In this document: positions 26,061 through 37,500 of the stretch, one piece after another
How the letters are laid out: every line of letters begins with the position of its first letter
Numbering within the stretch: the first letter of the stretch is position 1
Source of the DNA: Nemertoderma westbladi
Lineage: Eukaryota > Animalia > Xenacoelomorpha
DNA: 53,559 bases
Reading direction: 5' to 3'
Assembly (NCBI GenBank): GCA_032718475.1
Contig: JAUCBJ010005103.1
Span: 1 to 53,559, forward strand
The notes under the pieces: model-generated
What the model saw: only the letters and a program-made list of their open reading frames with translations
The model's database searches: none
Told to the model about the DNA's origin: nothing
Position numbers and translations under genes: made by a program

Positions 26061-27458
26061 TGCAACGATTACCTTACACTTTCCCGTTTCACATTCAATA
26101 ACTATTAATATATTTTATCGTATTGAAAAGTATTAGGTATTATTATTTTATTATACAAACAAACTGTTCTTTTATCAATTGTCCAATTTATTATCCTTAC
26201 CATAATAAAAGACAAACATTTCAAAATAAACATAAATTCTCCTATATAAAAATAAACAAAAATTCCCCCAAAATAAATGCATATTTCCCCAAATTAAATA
26301 CATATTTTCCCAAAATAGATGCACATTGCCCACAAACTTTATACGTAGCCTACCTAACTTAATACAGTATAACGCAAATTAATCTCCTGTGAAAATTATT
26401 TTCAAAGTACCAATTGAGGAAGTGGTACAGGTTACTGAGGCTGACTTAATGAGACTACTAACAAGTGTAGGGAAGGAAGGTACTGGTTACACGGCCCTTA
26501 AATGCCAAAACCGACCAACTCATTTTTGCATAGTTTTGAGAAAAAAGCAAAATACATACCAGGCCTGACATTTGAATCCTGATTGGTGGAAATCCTGTGA
26601 AATGATGTCATTAGGTAAGTTATAGTTATAGAATTCTTTGAACAGCATATTTTTAACTGAAACTTCTATCTACATAGTGTAATGTGAATTAGAGCGTATT
26701 TGCTTTTATGTTTTCATAGACATTTCGATGGCATCTTGACGAACAGTCGTATTGGCAACTTTTGCGATTTTGACTTTATTGGGTATTTGAGTTCATAAAA
26801 GGTGGAACTATGTTTTGACAAAAGGTCGTATTCATATCTTCAGTATTAAACACTATACAGTAAAAAGCAAACAGCCTTATATGGTATTTCTAACAATTTT
26901 AATTTGACGAAAGGTCGTATAAGAAAAATTTTCCAAAACGTCTGTTCGTCAAAAAGTTAGTCAATGATTATCTTGTAATACGACCTATTAATGTTTATAA
27001 AAATATGAACTAAAATGTAAGAAACCTTACTAATATTGTTATATTGATGTTTTATTTATATTTCAATATGCAATATTAACTAATTTGCCCAAAACAATGA
27101 GAGTAGAGTTGAACTTGACAGAAAATTTATGACACATTTATTTATGCAAGTGGGTGGGTACAACACTGTGCTCATATTGTAAAGTAATAAAGTTATTGTT
27201 GGACGTGAAACACAAAACACTAAAGGCAATCCAAAGGCTCCACTCTCGCTCTCTTGGCTGTTAATATAAGGCAGAGATGATGCCACACTTACTTCCAATG
27301 TTAAATACTCTCATTATACAACACTTTTCTTTATCTCCCCAGAAGATCAACATTTAACTCTCCAGGGGAAAATCGATGGAAATAACAGCTTATTAGAAGC
27401 AAAAATGAAACTGTAACTTCTCTTTCGATTATTGTTGTGTTGGTTAGAATAACCAGTC

Positions 27459-27860
27459 TTACTGACATTCATAAGACATGCATAAGATTAGTTGAGTACT
27501 TGTTGTTAAGTTTTCCAATATGTTTGATGAATTACTGATGTGGAGTGGAAGGGAAAGATAAAATTGCGAATACATGGCGGGTATCACTGGTGTATTACCA
27601 GTACAGAGCGAAACGAGGTCATCATACTTTCCAGTAGCCAATCGTGGAGCTGAAGAATATGCTTTAGCTATAGCTGAAATATATCTTTTTTCTCGAATTT
27701 TGGGAAGAGTAATGGCATCAAATTCCGGTTGTTGATGCATATTCTTGAAGTAAATTTTATCCGTTGTTGGTGTTATGGTGTTCTTGTTGTTAATTTCCAG
27801 TTGGGTTTTAGTTTTATAAAAGTTTAGTGAAAAATTTATTTTTTTAGCGATTTCGCGCTT
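27459..27860 (-). pseudogene. Probable transposase C-terminal remnant of element B
   Basis: GKYDDLVSLCTGNTPVIPAMYSQFYLSLP matches a K-x-x-DL-x-x-L...IP-x-x-Y-x-x-FY-x-x-L terminal motif that I recall from animal transposase-like proteins. It lies between the TIRs of B. Confidence 0.5.
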
Positions 27861-27889
27861 GTTTATGTGTGCTTTAATGTATACAAATG

Positions 27890-28966
27890 ATGAACTGATG
27901 GCGGACTCCATGTAGACCCTACGGTAGGAAAACAGGAGTGCTAAACAGACCATTATTGAATGTTTGCAACCGGATGTTAAAAGGGGAAAAGCCACCACCA
28001 ATTTGGACTAAAGGTCAACTAAAGCCTCTCCCCAAGAAAGGAGACCTCGGTATACCAACAAACTATCGTGGGATCTGTCTGCTTGTGGTAGCTGCCAAAA
28101 TATACAATAAAATGATTCTATATAGGATTAGGCCTCACATAGAGAAACTACTGCGTAAGAGCCAAAACGGATTTCGACCAAGTAGATCAACAATAGCTCA
28201 GATACTTGCACTACGGAGACTGATTGAAGGAATTAAGTCGAAGAATCTCCCCGCAGTCATGACTTTTGTGGACTTCAAGAAGGCATTCGACTCCATCCAT
28301 AGAGGCAAAATGCTTGAAATCCTAAGAGCTTATGGAATACCAGAAGTAATTGTTGCTGGCATTGGATTGTTATATTGTGACACAGAAGCGCGGGTACTCT
28401 CACCAGATGGTGAAACTGAGTTTTTCTCAATCCTGGCTGGGGTACTGCAAGGTGATACATTAGCACCATTACTATTTGTAATTGTGCTGGATTACGCAAT
28501 GAGGACAGCCACAAAGGGTGAAGACCTGGGATTCACACTTCAAGAACGCAGAAGTAGTAGATATCCGGCAACTACAGTCACAGACACCGACTTTGCGGAT
28601 GACATCGCCCTGCTCTCTAATACGCATAGCAGATGCACAGCTTCTACTAAATAAAGTGGAGAGGGCTGCTAAGGAGGTTGGATTGCATATAAATGCTACC
28701 AAGACCGAATTCATGACCTTTAATGTTGATGGAAACTTGACAACCATTAATAGTAATCAACTAAGGAAGGTTGACGACTTCCAGTACCTTGGATCATGGA
28801 TAGAGAGTAGCAAAAAGGACATAGAAGTTAGGAAAGCAAAGGCTTGGGTATTTCTGGCAACCAACTCATGGAAAGCGTAGTCGTTGCGACAACTATGGAG
28901 AATCGGGAAGCCTGGAAGGATCTCATTTCCACTGTCCGAGTTCGCTCGACCTAGTAGAGTAGTAGT
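27890..28966 (+). mobile_element. RTE-clade LINE fragment (family 2): 5' truncated, frameshifted, internally deleted
   Basis: Motifs PLPKKGDL, NYRGICLL, QNGFR, FVDFKKAFDS, GVLQGDTLAP and TDFADD. Frameshift at about 28625, then FQYLGS...KAKAW, then a jump to the C-terminal MENREAW and a (TAG)n-like tail at about 28952-28966. Confidence 0.9.
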
Positions 28967-29401
28967 TAGCAAAACTATAATTAATTATATTCAGAATTAC
29001 AATGGAGGACCTTATTGCTCCATTGTGAACCGGGCTTATGCTATAAGTAAAAATATAGTACTTGACTTATTTTGGCAAAAGCCCTTGATATTTTTTTGAC
29101 GAAACGGCGTATTTCAAATATGACGTCATTAAATGACGTCATACTCTTCAAATAAAAAAAATTACATTTTTTCTGAAAGCTCTCATCAAAATTGTTGTTA
29201 CAATGAAATATGAAGCGGTTTTATAAAGTTGATTGCAAGTTATGCATAATTAAAAAAACTAAAAATTTTCAAACGCCATTTTCTCAAAATCATCAAAACA
29301 TGACATACGACTGTTCGTCAAGGTGCCATCGATTTGTTTGCCAAAACCGTCTATCTCAGATATAAATGATCTGTTTTGGCATGTATACATTTTTTGTTTA
29401 A

Positions 29402-30159
29402 GGGGGGGGGGGGGGGGGGGGGGGGGGTAAACCATTTTGGTCCAAAATATGCCGAAATTTCTTTATGGTCTATTATAATGCACCATTGAATGGTGTTTCC
29501 AAATCTGACAACCGCTATTTAATAGCTCTTTTAGTTTTCAAGTTATAACAATTTCCATTTAGGGATTCCTATTGAAATTACTATTACTATGTATAATGAA
29601 AGGTCGATTATCTCCAAATATTTTTTTTATGAAATTGTCAACTTCAAAACCCTACTACTTCTACAATTTTTGAGCAATTAGTCTGAAACTTTCTGTGGGT
29701 GTACTACATAGCCACCCTGCATAAAAGTATCAGACAACTTTTCGAAATCTTTTGTTAATAAAATTTAATACTATTTATAACAAACCTAAAATTTAGCTAA
29801 ATTTGCAGCGCTACTAGTGGTGCAGTAATTATTTTCACAAAATTTCGCCTGAGAGTTATGTTGCCCCATCTTTGATCTATCATATAAAAAAACTTTCATG
29901 TGATTAGATTCAAAACTGTAAAAGCCTTAGGGTTTTAAGCGCAACTTTTCAAGTTTTTTTTATTGTTAACTAGTATTAACTAATATTAAATGAGCGAAAA
30001 ATTCATTGTTTCTGACCTTTCATGTAGAATAGCATCTTTTTTTAGGCACCTATATTCCAAATTTTAGCCAAAACCAAACAATTTTGAATCGCTGAGAGTG
30101 ATAAATCGAAGAGTTGTCCGAAAATGGTGTAATTCCCCCCCCCCCCCCCCCCCCCCCCC
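29402..30159. mobile_element. MITE with G-run/C-run termini (Kolobok-like)
   Basis: TTAA, then G26-taaaccattttgg at the left end; ccgaaaatggtgtaatt-C25 at the right end (imperfect inverted pair). The right TTAA is not retained. Confidence 0.5.
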
Positions 30160-31417
30160 AAACACCAAATCTCACATAATAAAAACCCTATCTGGCCCGG
30201 CTATTTTTAATACGTAATTGGTTAGAACACAAAAATATGTTGTATTTGGTTTGATAATTCCGAAGGTATACGGGTTTTCGAGGTCGCTGATCACGATGGA
30301 ACTTTTTAAAAATATTTATGGTAAGTCAAACGTCATTTTTTGTGCCATTCTGATGCCCCAGGATGAAAATTAGAAGTAGCAAAAATTTCAAACTGTTAAA
30401 TTGTGCCTTTTTTGGTAATTATGAAGCAATACTGGTTTTCAAGGTACAGCTGATCAAGATACATCTCGTTAAAAATCTTTAGTTTTTTAGCTTTAGTTTT
30501 TAGTGCTTGTCTGGTGGGACGAAAAATGCAATTGTAGCATAAAACTTACTAAGACAAAAAATTGAATTTGGTTGGATAATACGATATTTTTGAGTCTCAT
30601 ATTCGTGATCAGCGTCTCAGAAAACCCATAATGTCATATAATAAGGTTGATTTAGCAATGACATTTATTAACAAATTTGTTCTATACTTATATTTTTCGT
30701 GCCACACATTGACACATATCTAAAAATGCCGTAATCAACAAGGTACGATATATTTCAGTCATAAAATGTAGGTGTAGGAAAAATATTGGTGATGGGTGCC
30801 AGAAAGGGACCACAGCACGAAAATTAACGTGTTTGCCATGTTGGATAGCCCATTAAATTTTAGAAACTAGTAAAACTACTGTAGGTACTAGTAAAAGCAT
30901 AATTGTAGGCTATAAGGCAAGTTTAGAGTCATTATTGTATTGTAGATCATAGCATAGAGATAGACTGTTTTGGTAAATACAAATGAATAATTATGAGATA
31001 TTGAATCCAACGATAGACGGTTTCGGTATAAAGGAAACCATAAATTCAAACTTAATGTTTAATCCCAAATCAACCCAAGTAAAGATAGACGGTTTTGGGA
31101 TTTACTCCTGCACCTTTACTAACCCGCACGTTAACTTTTGTTTTATTATTGACAGAAGTTGAGATAGACGGTTTTGGAAAAAACAGGACTAACTCCTTAG
31201 GACTTCATAACTACGTCTTAAGACTAGAAAGGTGCACCTAGTTTTCCTGATTCCAAATATATGCATTTATGTCATCTTTCGAAAAAAAATTGACTTAGAC
31301 GGTTTTGGCCTGTAAGGGCCGTACAATGGCGACCTTTTCTAATACCGATTGAGGAAAATAGGTAGGTTACTGAGGCGGACAACAATACACGATATCATTA
31401 ACAATATAGCTGTACAT

Positions 31418-31961
31418 TACTACTAGGATCGGCATGCTGCATTGCAGCTGCATTTTTAAGAATGCTGTGCCGGCTTGTCAACAAAATTGCACCGCCACAA
31501 CTCCCTATCACCCATGACATTTGCTAGATCATCCGCATCTTTAAGGCCAGTGTCCTTTAAGATGCGTCTCAAGAAAGTCATGGGCTGTCCACCATGCTTA
31601 TTCACTCCATGAGGCTGCCAAAGTACAAGATTATGCACTGGCTGGTCCTCACGGCGAAAGCAATGTCCTGCAAAGCGGAGGCGATTTTGTTCTAGTGTCA
31701 AGCTTGGGGGAACCAATGAGACACCTCCAATGTTATATAGTGTCTGGTTGGAGATGTGTGCATTGTACTTAACACAATGTACCCGGCGTAGCATTCTTGT
31801 GAATGTGCCATCCAGAGATTTGGTGTCCTCAGCAGTTAGAGCCCAGCATGGACTCCCGTAGAGGAGTACTGGAACTACTGCTGCTCTAAATAATCGGACC
31901 TTAAGTTTCCGATTAATTCTAGGTGACTTCCAAATCCTGGAAAGCCTATTCAAGGCTGCCC
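31418..31961 (-). mobile_element. Short 5'-truncated RTE LINE (family 1, copy 2)
   Basis: About 8 mismatches over ~540 bp versus 18200-18743, with the same 3' UTR and TAG tail. 10 bp TSD agctgtacat at 31408-31417 and 31962-31971. Confidence 0.95.
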
Positions 31962-32489
31962 AGCTGTACATAAAATATTAATAAACAACAAATATTTGTA
32001 TGTATGGTAAATAGCGAATGCAGTTGAATAAATAAAGTTGCCACAATAACTATTTAATTAAGTAGTGGCAAAAAATTATACTTTTTTGTCGAGCGTAGCG
32101 ATACAACTAAGATAATTGTTACTTTTTTCCACCACTTACGTCGTTTTATTTGTTGTAAGTCTTCTTACTTTTATCTTGGCCTATTTCAGCATATTTTAAT
32201 ATCGTCCATCGAAGCTTCTTCCATAGTGATATACCGTTATATAAAGCGAAATAGCAAAATAGGTAATATGGCCTATATTACATATCCTATATGGCCTATT
32301 ATGATATTATAATATTTTTTATTATAATATAATAATTCTAATATTAAATAACCCGTGGATATCATCAGCGTAATCTATTTAAATGCAATATTATTATTAA
32401 TGTCATGGAAATTACTTTGAAATTTAATTCGAACATAATTGTTTTGGTTGACAAAAAAAGTGACTTTCAACAAATAAATAGGATTATTA

Positions 32490-33730
32490 TTCGATAAAAA
32501 AAAGTAAACGGAAAACACCGCTTTTTTCACTCATTTTCAATTTAGCGAAATTCGACTATTCTGTCCGAGTGTTTGAGTTTTACAAGAGTTGGGATGTTTG
32601 TAGCACGAGCGAAGCGAGTGGTAAAATGCCAACGAGTGGAAAACTCAACAAACGAGGGCAGAATAACTGAATTTTGCTAAAGAATATGAGTGGAAAATAG
32701 TGTTTTCCGTTACGTTTTTATATCGAATATATTGTTTTATTTGAAAAAGGTTCTTTTTCCCACTAATATTTTTTAAATTGAGTTGATTAATCTAACCTTT
32801 TTTTTCACTAATTTCCAGAAAACTAGATAAAAAAGTTTTTTTTTAACTAATTTTAGCTTACTGTACAGCTACAGTAGCTCACACAATCTTCCCTCTGTAC
32901 AGTACCGGTACTTGTAACACAGTAGGTCTAGTACTGACTGACTGTACAGTACTCTGGTACTACAGTACTGTCTGAATACTATCTGAATACTGGAATTGGT
33001 GATAGTGGACAGACTTGTCCCATCCTCAGATCCTACAGAATGGCTGTTAGCAGTACCGGGCCTGGTGGTAGGCCTAAATATTGATCAATGAGCAAGATGA
33101 CGCGATGTTTTCGGAGCTAAAGCCTCAGAAATCTTAGGATATCTATCTAAAAGCGTGGGCAGCATTAGATTAAAATAGTATTATACGTCGTAAACAATGA
33201 TAACGCTGGTTAATTTTTTTCAAATAAAACAATATATTCGATATAAAAACGTAACGGAAAACTCTATTTTCCACTCATTTACTTTAGCAAAATTCAGTTA
33301 TTCTGCTCTCGTGTGTTGAGTTTTACACGAGTTGGCAGGGTTTTAGCACGAGCGATGCGAGTGTTAAAATGCTACGTGTTGAATTTCGCTAAATTGAAAA
33401 TGAGTGAAAAAAAGCGGTGTTTTCCGCTTAAATATCACCGTCAGCGATATCACTGTTTACGACGTATTTCGATATGTTACTATATTTTAATACGGAATCT
33501 GAAATAAATATATATAACTAACGCAACTTGAAAAATCTTCTAAAATTGAAATACAAAAATAAAATAATTTGATAGTTTAAAATTAGTTAAAAAAATGACT
33601 TTTTTAAACTAATTTTCCACAAAATTAGTTAAAAAAATACTTTTTAACTAATTTTCTGAAAATTAGTGAAAAAAGTTAGATTAATTAACTCAATGTTAAA
33701 AATATTAGTGCGAAAAAGCCTTTTTCAAAT
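32490..33730. repeat. Fold-back complex of two palindromic MITE-like units centred on cacgagcga(a/t)gcgagtg
   Basis: 32490-32750 and 33220-33430 are each self-complementary and match each other. 32750-32858 is inverted relative to about 33580-33730. Confidence 0.7.
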
Positions 33731-34351
33731 AATATATCTTTAATCAATAGCCGGCAAAGTGTGAAATTTTCACTTTGTCAAAATCAAATTTTATTGATGA
33801 TCAACTTCCAATAATTATATTGCATTGCTAAGAGGTTCAAGCGCTATGAAAGATTTAGACAAACTCAAAAGGGAGAGCATTAAATATATGTATTGAATAA
33901 TATGACCAAAAAATGTTGCATAGCTTATCACATTGAAGCGCTGTTATTGAGAATTGATCCAGTATTAACATTTTGTGGAATATCTGAGCAATTATTATTC
34001 AATCCACTTTGGTTATGATGTGTCTACCCCCACCATTGCGGTTCGAATGAGCCTTAATTCAATGCGACGCAATTTTATGATACAGCTACTACTACATAAT
34101 TATCCATTAGGGCAACGAATTTGAACATTCCTTCGGCTAGTTTGGGAAAATTTCGCAAACTTTATTACTATACTTTATTAATACTATTATAGGTAGAGCT
34201 ACGCAAACATAGCAAAATTTCTGGAAGGCCTACACAAATACATGAAATTCTAGAATATTATTTTATACCATCTGTACTAAGAACATATATAAACAAATAC
34301 AACATTCTAGAATTCTGTGAACAATACTAATACTAATAGTGTCATACTAAT

Positions 34352-34553
34352 TGGTGTGAATGGTTTAATATCTCATTCGTCCTTCCTTACTGCATTATAT
34401 TAAGCAACACAAATATATATGTTAAGAATTACAAATTAGAATTAGAATTAATATGCCAGGACCACCACCATTATGTAAGGGCCGCAGCGGCCGTTTAGTA
34501 CCAATGTACCGGTGCCCAGTTATTGAGGCCCCAGTCAAAAGCCGGATACCACA
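34352..34553 (-). repeat. 3' LTR
   Basis: Matches 39326-39527 with one mismatch seen (gccggatacc versus gccagatacc). Confidence 0.97.
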
Positions 34554-34567
34554 CCCCCTTTTCCTCC
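34554..34567 (-). promoter_or_regulatory. Polypurine tract
   Basis: GGAGGAAAAGGGGG immediately precedes the 3' LTR on the minus strand. Confidence 0.9.
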
Positions 34568-34581
34568 GCGATCGAAACGCA

Positions 34582-37500
34582 TTATGGCGTGGCGTTTTGG
34601 TCGTTGATGTCCCAATGCACTGTCTTACGCTGGGCCAGTGTACTGGGACGCATGGGATAGGCCTTCCTGAGGGCCGATTTACTTTCAGTTTCGAAATTGT
34701 TTGGTATGTCCGGTTCATCTGATTGTGATGGTTTGGTTGGAGGTTCTGAAGCGCCCCCTGGTGGTGTGGAGTGATATCGTCGGATGAAGCGGCTGTTTCG
34801 CCACCATGTCCGGCCAGAATTGAGTTTCACGCGATAGTTGCGTCGCCGGCCAGCCTCCACTACCAGTCCTATGCGCGTCCACCTTTTGGACCGGGGGTCC
34901 TGTATGCGGACCGTGTCGCCTATGGCAATGGGCGGGAGGTCATGTGCGGACCGGTTATATAACTCCACGGCCCTAACGCGCTGTGTTTCCGCGCGTTTAT
35001 CCGCCGTGTCCGCTTCCGCTTGCCACTGTTGTTTATAATGGTTGTGGTGGGCGGGGATTGTAGTTCGCAGGCGTCGTCCAAACACCGTTTCATTGGGCGA
35101 TCGCCCGTTCGCGCATGGTGTGTTTCTCAGTTCCAACAGCCCGCGTTGGAACTCTTCAGAGCGTATGTCAGGGTGTTGCACCTTCCTAAGCAGCGTTTTG
35201 ATCTGTTTGACGCTGGCCTCCGCATGGCCATTGCTGCTAGGGAAGTGTGGCGTGCTCGCCTCCCAGCGCACACCCCACGCTTTGAGGAAGCGCTGGAATA
35301 CGTCGGCAGCATATTGTGGGCCGCCGTCCATACGCAAAACGTTGGGGACCCCGAGGTCTACAAAGAAACGCCGTATGGCGTCGACGCACTGCTGTGCAGT
35401 GGGGTCATTCCGCCACTCTAGTACGACGGGGTAGCCAGACAGTCTGTCGGCGTATACTATAAAATGTTTACCCGCGAGGGTGAATAGATCTGAGGAAGCT
35501 GACTCGAAGGGACGCGTGGGGGTGGTGTCTGCCATCAGGGTCTCCTTGGGAAGACTGGGCAGGTGCCCTTGGCACGCGTCGCACTGGCCCACGGCGCGTT
35601 CGATGTCTGCATTGATTCCGGGCCAGTAGACTGTAGTACGAGCCCGCTGTTTAGTTCGGGTAATTCCGAGATTGGGAGCGTGGAGTTTCCACAGGATCTC
35701 GTCTCGACTGGCGGTGGGTATCACCAGCCTATCGCCGTATAACACAAGGTCGAAGTATATCGACAGGTTGTCGATAATTGAACGGTATTGCTGCACTGCC
35801 AGCGTTGTGCGAACATTACGGTTGCCGGTTCGTATGCACTCCACGAGTTCACGTTACTCCGGATCCTCGCGCGCTGCTGCCCGCAGTTCCTCCACGAGTT
35901 CATCGTGTGAGTCCGGCGCGAGTGGTGCACTTTGAGCGGGTTTATTAACCACTTCCGACGAATGCAAAGTTTCCTCATGTTGGAGTTTTGCCGCAATCGC
36001 TGCCACAATGGGTGGCGTTTCGTCCTCGGGGTCGTCTGGAGCGGGGTCTACGGGAGCCCGGCTCAACGCATCGGCAATCCGGTGAATCTTCCCCTTCTGC
36101 CAGGCAACGGTGAAAGTATAACAGGATTGTAATTCCGCTTTCATTTTCTGAATTTTCCTGTTCTCGACTTGGTCGAGGTTATACGAGTTAAAAATTGCAA
36201 GGAGTGGTCGGTGATCTGTCACGACGGTGAACATCGGTAATCCGGCCAAGTAGATACGGCATTTTTTTATCGCGTATTGTATCGCTATGCACTCCAACTC
36301 GATGGTGGCGTAACGCGTCTCCGGGTCCGTTAGGAATCTACTCCCGCATGCGACAAGTCGCCAGTCGTCGTTATGGCGTTAGAGTAGATTGTACCCGAGA
36401 CCATGGAGGCGACTCGCGTCTGTCTCAAGGCGAGTTGGTAAACTGGCGTCGAATGACGCCAGCACAGGAGGGCTCACGAGAGCCGCCTTAGTGGCGTTAA
36501 AAGCATCTTCGTGGTTTCGAGTCCATACAAATGCGTTACGTACACGTAGTAGGTCTCGCAGGGGTGATGCCGTAGTTGAAATCTCGCTTGAGAAGTACCC
36601 CAGCTGGTTGACCAGCCCCATAAAACTTCGCAAGTCTGTGATATTTAATGGGGTCGGATACTCGCCGATCGCTCTGACTTTGTTTGGGTCCGCCGCTACC
36701 CCTTCGCCGTTCAATATGTACCCGGCGAAGCGAACGCTTGGCTGCGCATATTGGAGTTTTTCCGGATTTAGCGTGATACCATTGCCATGGCAACGGTCGA
36801 GGACCTGTTTAACACGCGCGCGATGTTCATCGATGTTTGTATCCTCCACCAGAATATCGTCTACGATTTTCTTTACCTGGGGCAGCCCGTTCAGCGCAAG
36901 ATCGCCGCGGTAGTTAAAACTATCCCCTGAGCTGATGAAGCCCATAGGCGCCCGGCAGTACCGATATCGGCCCCACGGAGTGATAAACGTCGTCAGATCG
37001 CGCGATTCTTCCGCGAGTTCGATTTGCCAATATCCCGATTTGGCGTCGAGAACGGTGAACACATTGGCTCCCGGGGTGCGGTCGAAAACAAGGCTGTTGG
37101 GGGGCGGCGCAGTGTGGATTGTTCGCTTGACCTGGCTATTGAGTTTTGTGAGGTCAACAGTCATTCTAATTTCCCCAGGTCTCCCCGGTTTATTAGTAAC
37201 CACAATGGGATGGCTCCTTCCACGGGCCTGTCCCCAATACGCTCAATAACCCCCTTCCTTAACATCTGTTCGATTTCCGCCTTCGCTTTTTCGTGGTAGG
37301 GGATGGGGATGGAACGCGGCGCGTTTAGACAGAACGGGACTGCGCCGTCTACCAGCTCGATTTTCATTGGGGGTCCAACCATGGGCTTTAATGTCCCCTT
37401 ACAGTCGAACACATCCTTGTATTCTTCCAGGAGGGAAGTTTTTTCACTCCCTAATGTGGACTGGGAAGGCTGCGCCTCGCGATCGTTGTCGGTGCTTCCG

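Larger units (their letters stand above)
26726..29331. mobile_element. Sola1-like DNA transposon B (internally deleted)
   Basis: 27 bp TIRs cgatggcatcttgacgaacagtcgtat and atacgactgttcgtcaaggtgccatcg (1 mismatch). TSD ATTT at 26722-26725 and 29332-29335 fits the AWWT preference reported for Sola1. Subterminal motif tgacgaaNNgtcgtat is repeated. Confidence 0.75.
26492..31321. mobile_element. Non-autonomous cut-and-paste DNA transposon A (CG-terminal TIRs, 4 bp TSD; possibly Sola-like) hosting nested insertions
   Basis: TIRs cggcccttaaatgccaaaaccg and cggttttggcctgtaagggccg. TSD TACA at 26488-26491 and 31322-31325. Confidence 0.8.

Noticed and set aside
22519-31321. A single 8.8 kb element with kilobase TIRs
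   Set aside because: The flanks do not match (agaa versus taca), whereas 26492 and 31321 share the TSD TACA.
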